In this document: positions 24,444-38,112 of the stretch, piece after piece
Layout of the letters: every line of letters begins with the position of its first letter
How positions within the stretch are numbered: position 1 is the stretch's first letter
Assembly: GCF_000315625.1 (NCBI RefSeq)
Contig: NW_005434655.1
Span: 618,807 to 682,806, forward strand
Reading direction: 5' to 3'
Length of the DNA: 64,000 bases
From: Guillardia theta CCMP2712
Taxonomy: Eukaryota; Protista; Cryptophyta
Translations under genes and position numbers: made by a program
The notes under the pieces: model-generated
Told to the model about the DNA's origin: nothing
The model's input: only the letters and a program-made list of their open reading frames with translations
Databases searched by the model: none

Positions 24444-27400
24444 CTAGCTGCCCGCCGCCCTCCATAGCATGTCAGGTCGACAGGAGAGGAGCAGAAGAAC
24501 AAGAACATGACAAGAGGACGACGAAGAGAGGAGGGAAGGAAGAGGGGAGAGAAGGTAGTGAGGGTTGAGCAGGTTGATGATATAGTCCAAGGGATCATTA
24601 GAGCGAAGAGACTGCGCGGCAAGAGGAGGAAGAGGAAGGAGGGCGACAAGGAAGAGAGAGGAGGAAGGGGAGGACGGGAGGGGAAGGAGGGCACGGAAGG
24701 AGGGCGGAGGAGAGTCACCTGCTACCGGCGGTTTCTTTGCTGCTTTCTCAGTACTCAGCGACTCCAGCAGCTGGTTTTGCTTCTCCAGCTGACTTTGCAT
24801 CGATTGCCTGCTCGGGTGTCACCAAGAAATCTGCTCCTCCTCCCACGTCCTCCTCCCTCCTTCTCTCCCTCACATCTGCGCGACAAGGGCGTCATATGCC
24901 TCTTGCGACACTGAGCCAGCTTGACTGGGAGTGTAGGAGGAGCCCTGCACGCCGTATCCTCCTCCAGGGAAGTACACCTCCGTCTCCACCGAGCTCCTAG
25001 CCGAGCTCATTTGTCGGGGGTCCAGAGGAGCCGCTAGCGCATGGCCAGGAGCAAGAGACCGCTGCGGAGGAATGAGCACGGGAAGTAGCGAGGGAGGGGA
25101 GGCAACCATGACAGGAGGATGTGAATCAGCGTAGGCGTTGTGATAGTCCTGATGGAAATCGTGTAGAGGAGGGTCATGGTGAACTCGGGGAGGAGCTGGG
25201 AAGCATCGGTCAGAACTCCCCTCAGTCATCGTTGCTGCCTCCTGACCTTCTGATCTCGTTGGAGCTTGCGGAGGATGAGAGGGAGCTGAGCCTGGCAGGA
25301 GGAAGGGACACCTTGGGTCAGCGACGGCAGAGCAGGAAGGTGAGAGTCACCCCTGTCATCGGCGTCGGAGAAGAAGGAGGAGTTTCCGCTGAGCCTCCGG
25401 GACCGCGCGCTGTCCCCCGTCCGGCTCCTCTCCTTCTCCCGGATCTGATAGAAACCCTCACAAGCATGTAGAGGCAGGAGGTTCAAGCACGCTCCACCTG
25501 CTGCATCAGCTCCTCCCTGTACGACTTCTTCCTGTCCTCGGCCTCGTACCATTGCTTGACGTCCCGTTCTCCCCAGTGCATGCTGCTGACCTGAAGCAGA
25601 CGATATGACTCAGGCATCCTCTTCCTTAACATCTTCTTCCTCCTCTCCCTGAACATCTTCTTCCTCCTCCTCTCCCTTAACGTCTTCTTCCTCCTCCTCT
25701 TCCTGAACGTCTTCTTCCTCCTCCTCTCCCTTTCCCTCCTCCTCCCCCTCTCCCCCTCCCTCCCCCTCCTCCTCTCCCTTTCCCTCCTCCTCCTCCTCCC
25801 CCCTTCCTCTCCCCCTCCCTCCCCCTCCTCCTCTCCCTTTCCCTCCTCCTCCTCCTTCCCCCTTCCTCTCCCTCCTCCTCTCCCTCCTCCCTCAGCTACC
25901 TTGCCCGCAGCTTCCTTGAGGCCAGGAGATGTCGGGTTCTCTGGAACGATTATAGATGTCGGCTGACAATTGCGATCAGATTGAACGAGCCACACTGAAG
26001 CAGAGCATGATACTCGATTAGCCTGGCTCCTGCTCCTGTCCTGTCCGCCCTGATTCTTCTCTTGAATCTGACGATCAAGCTCTGCCTTGTACCTGCAATC
26101 ATCATCATCAACACCTCCACCTCCACCTCCACCTCCAATCGCAACAAACCAGCATTAGCACCATATTAATCATTATCACGAGCATCACCACGACCGTGAA
26201 CTTCGTCGTCATCATCATGATCATCGTCATCGTCTTCATCTCCATCTCCATCATCATCTCCATCCTGCCCCCTCATCATGATCATCGTCATCATCATCAT
26301 CACCATCATCATCATCACCATCATCATCATCATCCACATGTTGTCAGCACCTTCGTTGCTGTTCATGCCGAGATTCACGGCTGTCAGAGTAGCTCGAGGT
26401 ACGGTTCCGTGGCTCTCCGAAGCTCATCACAGAGCTGCTGCTCCCTGGGCCGGTGCCCTTGGCATGATCGTCTGCTGCCATTCCCTGCTCATCGATCAGC
26501 CCTGACGTGCCTGACTGAAGGAAAACGTCAAACCTGATATCCATCGTAGCCACGATAGTCCTGAGGAGCGTCGTAGTTCCTGGGTTCCCGTCAGGGATTG
26601 CTCAGTGCGCAGCTAGATATGGCAACCTGTTGGGCAGCTGCGATCTCAAGTCATCGTGATAGCTTCGCTCGTTGTCAAAGGGTTGCATCCTCTTGCTGTC
26701 GTAAGGAGCTTGATCGCTCCCGTCCGACACAATCCGGTGCGATCGGGCAACGTTCACTGCAGAGCCGCGCGGAGGAGAGTAAACGGAGCTGGCGTCTTGA
26801 GCAAAGAGTCAGTTACCAAGGAGGAGGAGGAGGAGAAAGAACAACCATCTCCTCCACCATCTGCAAGCGAGTGATAGTCACTGGTCGTTTGTCTGATGCT
26901 TCAGCTGTATGACATGCGTCAGTGAGTTGTCAAAGAAGATTTCGGCCTTTTACATAACGAACAGCAGTGGATTCATCAGCTCCTAAGATCTGCGCATCAA
27001 GCTTCTGGTCCTTCCCGAAAACATGCCAGGAGGACTCGTCTTTATGCTTCGAGAGTGCCTGGAACCTGTCGTTACACACGAGTCCATGTCGTTGTTGTCG
27101 TCACCGATAACTCATTGATGAGGATCGGGTCTGCAAGTTCTCCATGATAGCTCTTCTTGTGCGTACCTTGGTGTCCGCATCAAATTATCGCTCAAGTAAC
27201 AATCCTCCTCACCATTGCTCCTTCCTCCTATCGCACCAGGAGCTTGAGGGGCAGGGAACCTCGATCTTGCTTCCTGTTCATAACATTCCGATCAGTCTTC
27301 CAGGATCAGCAGAGTTTGGGGAGGGCAACGAAGGCAAGAGGAGCGTGCGAAGTTGTCCTCTGCATGGGGACACTTGTCAACCTGTGCTGATTGCTGGATG

Positions 27401-27447
27401 ATCTCGTCCGCCGTCCTCTCCTTCTTCCTCCCCCGTATCGCCGCCAT
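24444..27447 (-). CDS. Hypothetical multi-exon protein (may be more than one gene) with short charged coiled-coil motifs
   Basis: Chain of exon-like segments bounded by GT-AG sites, from MAAIRGRKKERTADEIIQQSAQ through EDRKKSYREELMQQ|IREKERSR to MQSQLEKQNQLLESL; microsatellite-filled introns lie between them. Confidence 0.45.
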
Positions 27448-27878
27448 CGAGAGCCCGGTGGAACAGACCACCCCCTTCTGCACTTGACCCCATATCGGTG
27501 TATCACCCTACCATTTCATGAGTGTACCCCACAAAGTAATATTTAAGTACCCCCTTCTCATCTACTATTTGATCACCCCACCCTATCTTTTTCAGTTCAT
27601 GTTTGCACCCTACCCTCTACCAATAGGAGAAAGTCATGAGGGATCATAACCGATGTAGCGCAGGCACACTGGTCTGTGCTGAGTACTCAGGGCGGCCTGC
27701 CCAAGGCGATCGGCGTCCGGGGCCCGGCCCGGCTCGGCTCTCGGAACCGGCCGAAAAAAAATTGACAAGGGGATGACTGAAAACGGCCGCTCCTCGCGCA
27801 CTGCGCAGGCGGCTGTGGGGAGCAAGGAGTCATTCCGGTGGGGAGGAGCGCATGTCGGCCCTGTGGCACTGGACAGGG

Positions 27879-29167
27879 ATGTCGAAGGAGGAGCTGGAGA
27901 TGAAGATATTTGGAGGAGGGGACGGAGAGCTGCGGTCATCGGCGAGCTATGCAATGAGTGCTGTCAGCGGCAGCGATCATGGGAGAAACTGGGAGGACCA
28001 ATCGCGCGCCACGCGTGCGCATGATCGAATTCCAGCCGCAGCTGAGATGATAGTGAGCCACGATTTTTTGCAGGGGAAAAGGTTGACGATGATTTATATG
28101 TGGAACTATGTGGATTCTGATCGTTCAACCATCAGGCTTGCTGGAGTACAAGATTTTGATAAGAAGATATCAGGGGGACAGAACCTTTATGTCAATAGAA
28201 GAAGTGCAAAGGAAACAAACAAATTCTTGCTCCAGGTAGGCCTCGCTGCTCATTGAATTCATACCCTAAATGCTGCGCACAGCAAATGGAAAATGAGCTG
28301 TTGCAGTGCAGAGGCAGAAATGCAGACCAGCTGGCAAGTACTCTGACTGAGATCGACAAAATGTACGACAGGAAGCTTCAACGCGAAATCGAAAAGTGCC
28401 ACCAAAACTATCACACCCAACTAAGCTCAAGTCTCGCCTCCCTGAGGGCTTACAGGCAAAATCAGGATCGTTGGCATCAGGTGACTTTTGCACAATGTGA
28501 CCGAAAAGTTTTTGACGGTGATGAAAGGAATCTTTCTTGCAAGTCATTTCTATTCATGACGAACAGAATTGGCCGATCCAACAGGCAAAAACCCCGATGG
28601 AAAATTCTTCCAGGATTGCAGACAGCCAGTTTAAGATTCACGATCTCCGACATAATGCAGAAAACCTCTACAACGGATTTCAGAAAATCCCGTCCAAGAC
28701 TCCCTTACCTCATCGACAGCAGTACGTTTCAGATTCCTGGAGAAAAGAAGCAAGCGCCCTCCGGTTCGGTCCCTTGTATCCTGTTGCTGACCACCAGGAA
28801 TCTTTGATGTGGATATGACAATCACGAGTGGGACGAGACGACGGGGGCCAAATTTTCTAGCACATACCTAAACCAGCTTTAGCATGACTGAAGATGCAAT
28901 GGTGAACTTTGCTAAATTGCTGATCCCAATTGACTGCAAGAAAACAATTCACGGGCGGAGTTCAAGCGTTAAAGTTTGTCTCATCGTGGAATGCTTAGCA
29001 CGGGGGTTCCCTTCGTCAAGCAGAGGATAGTGCTGTACAGGCAGAAACAAAACCTTCTTCTGCTGTGCAAATTGCACTGGAAGGAGCACAGAGTATCAGT
29101 CATGGATATGGAGAGATCTGATGGGAATGCTGAGGCAGGAGGAGGCTCTCGAGAACAGTTTCTTTGA
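27879..29167 (+). CDS. Hypothetical multi-exon protein
   Basis: ORF segments MSKEELEMKIFGGG.. and QMENELLQCRGRNADQLASTLTEIDKMYDRKLQREIEK.. are linked by short GT-AG introns; end approximate. Confidence 0.5.
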
Positions 29168-29265
29168 ACACGCTTTCATCCTAAGATGAGATCTTGGGGT
29201 CAAAATGCAAAAAAAATCGCACAATCGCGAAGGACAACCAATACAACGAAGAAGTGTCAAAATGT

Positions 29266-30557
29266 TCACTGATTCAATTTAGAGGCATTTGCATTCATTC
29301 TCTTCGCAATTCTTGGCGCAATCGCCTCTGCTCTCTCTCGACGTTTGAAATAGCCATGTTTGTGTCTGACAACATACGTTCTAGAGTCGATAGCTCTGTG
29401 ATTCGAAGAAAAGAAAAGAGTATTCACAAGAATTAAAACACCGTCAGCTATGTAACAAAGATATAGTTCATTGAAATTTCCTTGCGTGGCTCTCGCGTGT
29501 CGCTCCGCTGCCTCATTCATCTCATTCGAAATGTCTGCCATAGTCCTTGTGGACTTGTATTTCAGTACAAGGGTTGTCGCATTTCAGACGAAAGCAGAGA
29601 TTAACGCAACCTTTCAAACGAAGTCGCTGACACCTCAGATTTTGTCTTGAGACTGCGAAATTTCATTTTTAATCTGCAAGCTGCACTTAGTATTGCTTCA
29701 AAACTGCGACAAAAATTCCTGTGCAGTGTTGCTTCTCTATCCTGTCACGTTCAAAGTCAACGATGTCTATTGCAAAGCTTTTTCGTACTTTCAAAGCCTG
29801 TCGCATGGCTTCGTTTTCAATCTTCACTTCATGTTCATAATCTTCGAGTCCTTGGATATCTGCTCCTAATTGCTTCTTGTCAACATGTGCCATCGCACGC
29901 TTAAGCATCCGAAGTTTGGTAATCTGCTCCAACGATCAAACGTTTTTGCAAACAAATGATTGGGACAATTGGATGTGCAGGAAATGCAATAGAGAGAGGA
30001 CAATACATAGTTCACACCTCTTGAGAATTTTGGAAATATTTCTTTGCATCTTTCTTGGCTGATTCCATGACGAATGAACAAATTTTTGAGGTTTCATCAT
30101 ACAGCTTGAAAAGACGGATCTTGTGACTTATTTTTCGATGAATTTGCTTGATCTTTTTGCCTAGCATGTCATCTTCTTTCATCAGTTGGTTGAATGTCAT
30201 CGACTTTTCCAGCATCATTTTCTCTGTTTCGAGGACTTTGACCCTCAGCTCGCTGTTGGACTGTTTTCTCAAATTCGCCAACAAGGTCATCCTGCATTGA
30301 GAGAATTCGATTTTGTCTTTCAAATACAGAACGAACCTGTCCAAGTTCTCTTGAAGACCTTCATTCCTCTTTAATTCGGATGAGATGGACTCTTCAGCCT
30401 GAAGCACGTCAACCAAATCTGCTTTACACAACTACAACATCTTTCAATCATTATTGGATCGCCATATCTCTTCTCCATTGACATCATATGACAAGACGAC
30501 CTCAGCATGAAATACCTTGAGCGTCTTCTCGATCAAGAAGGTCGCAGCATCTGCCAT
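29266..30557 (-). CDS. Coiled-coil protein, possibly a divergent CCDC96/CCDC113 (DUF4201)-like ciliary protein
   Basis: Consecutive heptad-rich exons; KKQLGADIQGLEDYEHEVKIENEAMRQAL resembles the DUF4201 motif ELGExLHxIDFEQLKIEN. The similarity was judged by eye only. Confidence 0.45.
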
Positions 30558-31153
30558 GGCGCAGCCTAAGGCCACAAACTTTTTTTTGGCGCCAGATCGG
30601 ACAACTAGGCTTGACTCAGCCTCCGCTCCGACTGACACGAGTCACGGCTCACCCCGGGCGGGCCGGCCCGGCCGGCCCGGGCCGCGTTCAACGAGTCCGG
30701 AAGTTCCGGAGACTCGACCGTCCGATCGAGTCCGAACATCCGATCGACGCAGTCAGAGTCTTCGGGCGGGCCCGGCGGGCATCCGGGGCTAGTATGAGTG
30801 CCTCCGTCCGAGGCTGAATAGTTCGACCGTACTCAGAGTCCCGGAGCCATACAAGGCCCGGTCTGAACTCTGTGCGGACGCCCGCCGGTTATACCCGCTG
30901 TGGACACCCGGCGGTCTGACCACTGAGTCACGCTACTGTACTCAGGCTATCAGTAACTACCCGGCCCCGGCGGCACTTCACGGACTCGCAACTTCGCTGT
31001 CCGAACTCGCCGGGCCCGGGCCACTGTCACTGGCATGAGTAATAATCGTCCAGCTAATTAGATTTCAGGACATTCAAGGGCCCTCCATTTCCATGGCGGA
31101 GCGCCAGGGATTAGGCAGGAGGACGAGTGGGGGTGGCGGGAGCGAAGGAGAGC

Positions 31154-33421
31154 ATGAGAGCTCGCAGCAGTAGACATAAGCTGTGTGCTATGGATGAAAG
31201 GCGGGTGCTGAGCTTGTCAGGCATTCTGAGCTGCCCACGGCGATTCTGTGAATCATTCCTCTGCAGTTTCGGAGGTGTAGTTAGTATTTTTGCAAGCGAG
31301 AAGACGCAGAAGCAGGAAACTACCTGTTGTCTTTCTTCCCCTCGATTATCTGTCTAGCTTGTTTTTCTCATCGTGGATCCCCTCCTTTGTTCTTCAAGCT
31401 CTGCTAACCGAGGCTGCCCAACAGATGTTTGGCCATGTCCTACGAAAGGGAAGGGAAGTCATCGATTGAACGCGAGATGGAGCCACCAACATCACGAAAC
31501 AGAGCAATGACATCATGCTCAAACGTACCTGGAGGTCTGCTGGAGGGACTGATATCCTCGGACGTCTTCGTGTTCGTACTGTCAAGCATGCTGGAACCGG
31601 ATCAGCTAGCTCGCATTGCAATGTATCCCTGCTTCTGCTCCTCTGCGTTCCCTGAGACGATCCTTGTGCAGGACATGCCGTGCAGGTTACGTTGCAACGT
31701 CTCTTTCCTCCATCTGGCTGGAATGCTGCCAGACGAAGTATCGATTCGCAGTCACTTCCAGGCAAAAGCAGGAGATTGCGAGGCTGGCACATTTCCTTGC
31801 AGGAGGAGGAGGAGGAGGAGGAGGAGGAGGAGGAGGAGGAGGAGGAGGAGGAGGAGGAGGAGGAGATGAGAGGCAGTCTTGCTTCTCCAATCTGCCTCAT
31901 CAACCGATTGAGCAAGAGCTGTGTTCTTGGAGGCAAGTTAGCAGGCATGGAGGAGAAGAGCAAGAGGCGCCAGAGGCTCGACAGGCGGACGCCTTGGACA
32001 GAGCTGAGATGATCCGGGCATCAGTGCTACTGGTGCGGACGCTGAGGAAGGTAGTGGGGTTCCTTTGGCTGCAAGGACACGGGTACATGCAGTCCCCTGT
32101 AGAAAAGGCCTTGCAGATGATGACGGTGAAGCCGCCGTGCGGATGCCTGTCGGCTGTGGTGTCAACTCCGGTCTGCTTTGAGGTGTGTGCAGCGAGGAGC
32201 GAGGAGCGAGGAGCGAGGAGCGAGGAGGTCTTTGCTGAGGGTGATGGCAGGGAGTGCACGCGTACTGGTACGAGCTGACCAAGGTGAGGAAGGGAAGGCG
32301 GCAGAGTGAAGAAGGGCAGGAGGGGGAGAGGGAAAAGGGAGCAGGGGCGGGCGGGAGGGGAAAGCTACGGTATAGAAGGGAGGGAGGCCGATCGAAGTTT
32401 GGGAACAGGGAGGAGGGGAAGGATGGAGAGTGGGAGGACGGCATCGTTTGTGGTTGACGAGACCCCGGGGTGCAGGAGGAGAGGGATCTTGCGATCTGGC
32501 ACAGAGAGTACCGCCTCATCTCGACGATGCTCCGCAGCCTGTCGTTTCTCAGCCCCTTCCTGAACACTTTCCTGCACAATCACTGCTCGAAAGTCAAGCA
32601 GGTGATACGAAGGGGGGATGCTAGAAGAAAGACAGGAGGAGGGGGACGCTAGAAGAAAGACAGGAGGAGGGAGGAAGAGAAGAGAAGGACGAGGAAGAGA
32701 GAAGAGGGATGAGGATGGGAGTATCGGAGGTGGAGAAGGAGGATGAAGGAGGATGGGAGGGGCGGGGGAACAGAAGCGGGAAGCAGGAGAAAGCAAGGAG
32801 GAGGAGAGGAAATGGGAATGAGGAGTATGTAAGAGAAAAGTAACATTCTTATGTTCAGACATGTTGCGAGGAGGGTGGGGGAATGGCGACAGAGATGAGC
32901 GAGGAGGAAGTACTCAGAGGCTCTCGCGTGAGCAGCTCCTGCTGCCTCCTCCCTCTGTCTGTGAAGGAGATTCAGGTAGGTGGGNNNNNNNNNNNNNNNN
33001 NNNNNNNNNNNNNNNNNNNNNNNNNNNNNNNNNNNNNNNNNNNNNNNNNNNNNNNNNNNNNNNNNNNNNNNNNNNNNNNNNNNNCCTCCCTCCCTCCCTC
33101 CCTCCCTCCCTCCCTCCCTCCCTGCTCTCGTAGTTGCACCCCTTCATCCCTCAGTTCCTCCTTTCACCCTCCTCCTTCCCTTCTCCTGCCCTGCGTCCTA
33201 CTCTCAAACCCCTTCGTCCTCGTCCCCGTCTTCGTCCTCCTCCTCCATTCTGCCCCCTCGCTCTTTCGGCTCGTGATAACTCTTGGTTGGGGCAGGGCGC
33301 AGAGTATTTTGGTGCTGGGAAGCTGCTGGGGAAAACAACTCCGATAGGAGCGACGGAGTGTGCGGTGGTGCTGCGATACCTTGGTAAGAGATCGATCACG
33401 ACGATGATGGAGATGGAGATG

Positions 33422-33503
<82 letters not shown>

Positions 33504-33908
33504 ATGATGATGATGATGGTGAAGAAGAAGAAGAAGAAGATTATGATGTTCATGTGTTTTTCGTCAGGATTTCGAGCTGGTTTGTTCGATTTTACCTTCC
33601 CGAGTCCGGAGACTGGATGCCATGACACCATCCTTGAGTTCTGCAAGAGGTTTTCACCTCCTCCTCCCTCCCTTTCCCTCGCTCTCTCCCTCTCTCCCTC
33701 TATAATCTCTTCGTCACTCCATGGATCTCTCGTTATGCTTTCTCGTCCCCCTCCCCGCCCCTACACTTCCCTGCTGCTCTCCTTTCCTCTTCTCCTGCTC
33801 TGCTTCGATTTTCTCCTGTTCCTCCTGCTCCTCCCTGACATCCCATCTCAGGTGGTTCCTGTCTGATGAAAGTTGTCGCTTTCCTCTATACCTACAGGTG
33901 CTCAAATA

Positions 33909-33943
<35 letters not shown>

Positions 33944-34505
33944 AACTTCCTACACCTCCTCCCTCCTCCCTTCCTTCCTCTTCTTCTCACGTCTTCTATC
34001 AGTACGGGACTAGCGGGGATCAGCCCGGAGGCTCCTTGCTTGTCCTCGGCATCTACCGCTCCTCCGCCTTCCAGAGCACGCGCACCGAGTCTCTCACATC
34101 GGTACGAGCCGCAAGGGACCAGGAGGGCGTGCGCAGGAGGAGGCTGAGAGAGGAGGAGAGGAGGAGGGAGGCGCTGTTGGACTGGTCGTCCCGCCATGCT
34201 GCGGTGAGCGCCGGCTCCTGTCTTGCCTCCTCCTTGACCAGGACGGCAGGTCTCCGAGCCTCGAGGACGAGGAGGAGCTGCAAGTGGAGGAGGAAGAGTC
34301 GTCCCTCGCGCTGACGTAGCAGACGGGAGTGAGAGAGGAGGAGGAGGAGGAGCAGGAAGAGAAGGGGCAGGGGATGGGGAGGGAGGTGGGGATGGGGAGG
34401 GAGAGGAGGAGGTGGGAGAGTCGGCCAGCATTTTACTGGACTGGGCTGGGTGCGAGGGATGTTCTCCTGGTCTGGGGAGGAGAGGGTAAGGTTACCACTA
34501 CTCTT

Positions 34506-34568
<63 letters not shown>

Positions 34569-35228
34569 GCCCGTCGGTGAACTGGTTGTGTTCCTCGTTC
34601 CCGTCCTTTTCCTCTCCTCTTCCTCGTCCCTCTTGTCCTTGTCCATGTTCTCCCCTCCTCCTCGTCTCGCTCCCTGCAGCTGCTCTTTAGCCCCCCTAAC
34701 CAGGAAGCAGGAACCCCAGAGAGTGCGGGAGGAGCGAAGGATGGGACACCCTGCTTGTCCTCAACCCTGACGCCCCTCATCGCCCCTTGAACGAACATCC
34801 TCCTCCGCTGATCAGCAGGTCAAACCCTTGAGCTGCAGCAGCTACTCCCACTGCACTGCTTTGCTTTCCTGCTCCTCTCCTCTCCTCTTCTTCTCTCCAC
34901 TCCTCTCCACTCCTCTCCACTCCTCTCCACTCCTCTGCTCTGCTCTGCTCTGCTCTGCTCTGCTCTGCTCTCCTCTCCTCTCCTCTCCTCTCCTCTCCTC
35001 TCCCTCTTCCTGCTCTGCTCTCTTCCTGCCTTCACTCCTCCCTTCATCTACATTCCACCGTTCGCTCGTTCAAGGCCGTCGCTTGACTTTCCTTCAGAAT
35101 CGCTGGTCTTGTTCCTAAGGGAGATGATTGTCTCCATAGCCTTTCTCTCCGAGAGCTCGACTGGCCTCTCTGTCAGGTCACCAGCACCTGCTCCTGCTCC
35201 TGCTCCTGCTCTTGCCTCTCTACCACCA

Positions 35229-35259
<31 letters not shown>

Positions 35260-36314
35260 TTGCCTCTCTACCACCACCTGCTCCTGCCCCTGCCCCTGCT
35301 CCTGCCCCTGCCCCTCTACCACCACCTGCTCTTGCCTCTCTACCACCACCTGCTCCTGCTCCTGCTCCTGCTTTACCTTGCGTCCTCCTCTTTTTTCCCT
35401 GCTTTTCCTTCTCTTCTTCCTCTCTTGGGTTCTCATGATGACGCAGATGGTGGGCGTTGGCTCCTTCGGCGAGAGCTCTGTGTTCCTCTCAAGAGAAGGT
35501 GCAGGAGGGGAGGAGAGGGAGAGGACGAGAGGGAATGGNNNNNNNNNNNNNNNNNNNNNNNNNNNNNNNNNNNNNNNNNNNNNNNNNNNNNNNNNNNNNN
35601 NNNNNNNNNNNNNNNNNNNNNNNNNNNNNNNNNNNNNNNNNNNNNNNNNNNNNNNNNNNNNNNNNNNNNNNNNNNNNNNNNNNNNNNNNNNNNNNNNNNN
35701 NNNNNNNNNNNNNNNNNNNNNNNNNNNNNNNNNNNNNNNNNNNNNNNNNNNNNNNNNNNNNNNNNNNNNNNNNNNNNNNNNNNNNNNNNNNNNNNNNNNN
35801 NNNNNNNNNNNNNNNNNNNNNNNNNNNNNNNNNNNNNNNNNNNNNNNNNNNNNNNNNNNNNNNNNNNNNNNNNNNNNNNNNNNNNNNNNNNNNNNNNNNN
35901 NNNNNNNNNNNNNNNNNNNNNNNNNNNNNNNNNNNNNNNNNNNNNNNNNNNNNNNNNNNNNNNNNNNNNNNNNNNNNNNNNNNNNNNNNNNNNNNNNNNN
36001 NNNNNNNNNNNNNNNNNNNNNNNNNNNNNNNNNNNNNNNNNNNNNNNNNNNNNNNNNNNNNNNNNNNNNNNNNNNNNNNNNNNNNNNNNNNNNNNNNNNN
36101 NNNNNNNNNNNNNNNNNNNNNNNNNNNNNNNNNNNNNNNNNNNNNNNNNNNNNNNNNNNNNNNNNNNNNNNNNNNNNNNNNNNNNNNNNNNNNNNNNNNN
36201 NNNNNNNNNNNNNNNNNNNNNNNNNNNNNNNNNNNNNGAGAGGAGGAGGAGGAGGAAATGATGTTTGTGCAGATGTCGGAACTACCTGTAGGGGAGATGA
36301 ATAATCTCGTTTGA
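31154..36314 (+). CDS. ZUP1/Mug105-like peptidase C78 homologue, apparently catalytically dead; multi-exon, two N gaps, both ends uncertain
   Basis: Spliced exons give, collinearly with ZUP1: DLAIWHREYRLISTMLRSL, LSVKEIQ, GAEYFGAGKLLGKTTPIGATECAVVLRYLGFRAGLFDF, GCHDTILEFCKRWF, FPLYLQY..GGSLLVLGI and LLVLNP. Confidence 0.7.
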
Positions 36315-36434
36315 GACTTGTAATCTTATGTAAATATCTTATTTGCCTTTGACTCTCCCGCTATCATCGCTTCTCTCTCCCTTCCTTCCTGCCGTTCTCA
36401 CTGCTGCTGCTGCCGCTGCTGCTGCCGCCGCCGC

Positions 36435-36467
<33 letters not shown>

Positions 36468-36498
36468 GGCTGCTGCTGCGGCTGCTGCTGCTGCTCCT

Positions 36499-38079
36499 TC
36501 ATGAGTGCAGCGGATGCTTTTCGGTATGTTTCCACATCACAGTCTGTACCTCCTGTTTGCTGTTGCTTCTGCCGTTGAAGTCTGCCTTGTTGTTCATGCT
36601 GCCGATGTTGTCACTGTTGTTGTTGTTGCTGCTGCTGCTGCTGCTGCTGTGATTGTTGTTATTGTTATTGTTGGTGTTGTTGATGAAAGAAGCTCCCGAC
36701 GTGAAAGTTCTGAAATTCTCCATCAAGATCCCAAGCTTCTCATCGACCTCCATCACCGTCTTCTTCATTGAAAACACCTCGCTCTCCATCCTTCTTATCC
36801 TCCTCGATAGATTTCCCACCTTTTCTCCTCCTCCTCCTCCTCTTCCTCTCCCCCAATCCTCTCCCCCCTCCACCTCCTCCTCCTTCTCCTCCGCCTCCTC
36901 CACAACAATCTCAGAGACTCTAACTCTCTTGTCATCTCTTTTCAAACTGTTCGCGCCAGACCTGACCGCGATCTCTCTGTTGGCAGCAACCAGCAGGTCC
37001 ACGAACTTCTGCTTCTCCCTCACGCTCGCAAACTCAAACTTCCTCCTCTCCCCGTCGCTGATCATCATCTCCAGCCGCGTCTGCGCCTCCACCGTCTCGT
37101 CGAGCAGGAGCAGCGACTCAACCTCCGTCGCCTCTTCGCTCCAGAGCATCTGCCCGATTGCCGACAGGCACCTCACCCTCACCGCCCTCCCTTCCCCCAC
37201 CAGCTCCCCTCCCAGCTCCTCCTCGAACATGAGCTTGCAGTCTACTGCCTCCCCCTTCTTCGTCCACTCCGTTACCTTGAACATGCTCCCGTGCCGCACG
37301 CTCCCTGTGCTCGTCAGCTCTGCAGCGACGCTGGTCCAATCCATCGTCCCCTCCCTGTTCGCGTTCAGGAGCTGCTGGACCAGCGCAGCCCAGCGCTCGA
37401 AGATGATGATGGCTTCCCCCATGGACCTGCGAGGGATGTGAGGAGAGGATGGAGGGAGGAGGGAGGAGGGAGGAGGGAGGAGGGAGGAGGGAGGAGGGAG
37501 GAGGGAGGAGGGAGGAGGGAGGAGGGAGGAGGGAGGAGGGAGGATGGACGAGGGAAAAAAAAGCAATAAGGAACGAGGGAGGAAGGGGTATGTTATANNN
37601 NNNNNNNNNNNNNNNNNNNNNNNNNNNNNNNNNNNNNNNNNNNNNNNNNNNNNNNNNNNNNNNNNNNNNNNNNNNNNNNNNNNNNNNNNNNNNNNNNAAG
37701 AGAGGAAGAGCAAAGCGATGAGCAGAGAGAGAGAGGGAGAGGAGGGAGAGGGAGAAAGAAAGAGTGGGGAAGGAGGGAGGGAGGGAGGGAGGGAGGGAGG
37801 GAGGGAGGGAGGGAGGGAGGGAGGGAGGAGATGAAAGGAAGGAGGAGCAGGGAGTCATCGTACGAAGAGCTGGTAGTTCTCTGAAATTTTCCCTTGAGCG
37901 ATCGGTTCGCTCCACCCGGCGATTTGGCGACTTTTGCTCTCTCAACGGCCCTCTGAACCCCCCGCTGCAGCGACCTCGGGAACCTCGAAAGAATCTTGTT
38001 GAAAGTCTGGAAGCAACTTCAGGGAAGAAGAGAAGAAGAAGATGAAGATGATGACGACGAGGATGACGATGATGATGAC

Positions 38080-38112
<33 letters not shown>

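Noticed and set aside
35212-36314. Long ORFs spanning 35539-36237
   Set aside because: Their length is an artefact of the N gap.
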